Positions 61,795 to 64,000 of a stretch of 64,000 nt of DNA are shown here, one piece after another. Source of the stretch: Leidyana gryllorum EB-2025a (Eukaryota; Protista; Apicomplexa). The notes beneath the pieces are model-generated. The model saw only the letters and a program-made list of their open reading frames with translations. It had not been told where the DNA came from and did not search any database. Location: positions 124,001 through 188,000 of the forward strand of contig JBLWGC010000216.1 of assembly GCA_048772705.1 (NCBI GenBank), in the 5' to 3' direction. Position numbers and translations under genes: made by a program. Every line of letters begins with the position of its first letter. The first letter of the stretch is position 1.

Positions 61795-64000
61795 ATGTTG
61801 CCTTGCCGGGCTTTGTGTGTAAAGTTCCAATGCAACTGCCGCGATACCAGGCCTGGTGATACCCTGCTAGTAGTTGGTTCTCACCAATTGCTGGGAAATT
61901 GGGACCCCCACGCTGGGCGACCACTCGATACCGATTCACGGAGCTTCCCAGTCTGGAGTAGTGCTGAGGTGGACGTTTCAGAAGCCGTCCCGGACCAAAC
62001 CAAGCGCAAACTCCGCGTTGTCCCCAATCAAATTGAGTATAAATATGTCATCAAACGCAGCGACAATTCTGTTGTGTGGGAGCCAATCGCCAACAATAGA
62101 CGTGTACATTTTGAACTGCTGGACGTGACCAAATACGTCTGGGGGCTCGAGTGCGTCTTTGAGAATACATGGGGTTCTGAGGGACAGTCACTAATCACCC
62201 ATCAGGCACTGCCACCAGTCTTGCCGAGCCCCTCGAGTAGAGATTGTAAGTGTTGTGCTCTCTTATTATGCACGCGGCCGTTCGTGCGGGATTTCCTCAA
62301 TATATTCGGTGTTCTACGCTCGTGTGCTGTGCTGTGCTGCGCGTGGCCTTCTCCGTCCTCGGCTGTGGGTGTTGTGTTCCAGGCTCTCCTGACCCTTTGG
62401 TCGCAACTTGTTGCACTGCACAGAGCTGCGCTAATCCCCGTACTGCACTGAGAGCACCACTCTCTCCTTTGTAGCCACCGCTGATATGCAAACAACATTG
62501 ATTTACTTTCGTCATCAGGGCCTCATAACGGCTCGGACTCACCGCTTCCAGAGTTCGGGGAGCCGAAATCTGGCTTGCACGGCCGGTCACGTATGGGCCA
62601 GAGCAAGCAGATTGGGAGCCCCGGTTCCCCGTTTGGTCGGGCTCCCTTTGTTAATCCTGAGGATGGAGAAGTTACGCCTGGCAAAAAGGTGTCTCACACG
62701 TCTACACCAGCGACTAAATTGAGTGCTAGGTGAGAGAAGGGTGTTGTGGGCGGACCACAGGTCGACACACACACACACACACTTACTCACAGAGATACCG
62801 GCCGTGGGAAGCCAATCCGTCGTGATCTGTTTATTTTAGCCAATTCCGGTCCCATAACGACGCGTTATCGTCAGTTGCACACTGTGGGTCGGGGTACTTG
62901 GGGAGAAGTTCGGGCTGTCGTGGACATTGCCACGGGTGCTAAGCGAGCCGCCAAGAAGATCCCCAAGTACTTTGTAGAAGATGCCGATCGATTTCGACAA
63001 GTAAGTTGCCTCTTTAGAGAGTCAGATGGACCATAGCCACACCTTCTTGTACCCTAAAGGAGATCGACATTATGAAATGTTTGGACCACCCGAATATAGT
63101 CCGTCTGTTTGAGTCATTCGAGGATGCCACCGACATTTATTTGGTGATGGATTTCTGTGCCGGTGAGGGGCTGAGCCTTGGCACAGCGGGATAGGCTGTT
63201 GCTTGGGTGGTGCGTGGAAGTGGTACAATGTTGGCGGATAGGTGGCGAACTATTCGATCGTCTGGTTGACGAAGGCACGTTTGATGAGGCCTTGGCTTCC
63301 CGTATCATGCAGCAGATCCTGCAAGCGGTCGCCTATTGTCACTCTCGTCGTGTTGCCCACCGGGACCTGAAACCCGAAAACTTCCTCTTCCTGAATTCAT
63401 CGCCGTGGTCAGCTTTGAAGCTTATAGATTTCGGATTGGCTGCGCGGTTTTCGCCAGGCGAGCCTTTACGAACAAAGGCAGGAACGCCTTATTACGTTTC
63501 ACCTCAAGTCTTAGAAGGCCGTTATGGTCCAGAGTGTGATGTGTGGTCAGCAGGTGTTATCATGTATATTCTCTTATGCGGATATCCACCGTTCAATTCG
63601 TACAGTGATCGAGGTATTATGACAAAGGTACGGGGGACGGGCGTTTATACGGTGGCGAAATCGGGAATCGATGTCAATGTCAATGCGCCCTTAACAACGA
63701 TGAGATCGGCGCGTGTGTAGGTGAAGACTGCGGAAGTAACTTTCCCCAAGGCGGAATGGGATTCAGTGTCGGCGGAAGCCAAACAGCTCATAGACTCACT
63801 CTTGGTGAAGAATCCCCGTCAAAGGGCGACGGCAGAACAGGTGACAGACAAACACAATTCGAGTCGAACATTCAATCATTCTCCGCCCGCAGGCCCTGAA
63901 ACATCCCTGGTTTAAACTCGCAGAGCGGCAGCAAGACAACCTTTCCCACGGCCTAATGCCCACGCCATCCCGATTCGGGTTGGAGATGCTGGAAAAGTTC
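61795..64000 (+). CDS. CDPK2: CBM20 starch-binding calcium-dependent protein kinase (CDPK2-like), truncated by window end
   Basis: CBM20 motifs [23 protein letters not shown] and WEP..NR; kinase motifs [26 protein letters not shown] and GTPYYVSPQ. The CBM20-plus-CDPK layout matches Toxoplasma CDPK2. Confidence 0.88.

Overview
This window is eukaryotic DNA from an extremely compact apicomplexan genome, most likely a gregarine-like lineage. The taxon is inferred from an alveolin/IMC gene, two ATP4-type Na+ pumps, a CBM20-CDPK2 kinase, GT-AG introns mostly 40-58 nt long, and many gene gaps of 10-40 nt. About 30 genes can be modelled by hand-splicing the ORF fragments. Highlights: (1) a giant (~3,230 aa) Dicer with full domain architecture, split over several ORFs by five short introns; (2) head-to-head with it, a tandem array of eight intronless paralogues of a small acidic helical protein ending in a D-x-T-x-x-W-R-x-[FW]-like motif, which resembles bacterial hypothetical/immunity-like proteins and is a candidate horizontally acquired 'defence island'; (3) a 2,637 aa multi-vWA-like mucin; (4) two convergent ATP4 paralogues, one with altered TGES and M6 cation-ligand motifs, flanking three H/ACA snoRNAs with a predictable 18S rRNA target; (5) an intronless fungal-type COMT. 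Housekeeping genes include TRM112, GCP2, a class 3 lipase, an Aurora-like kinase, an OTU protease, SPT4, RPL10A, THADA and CDPK2. All family assignments come from motif recognition by eye; no searches were run.
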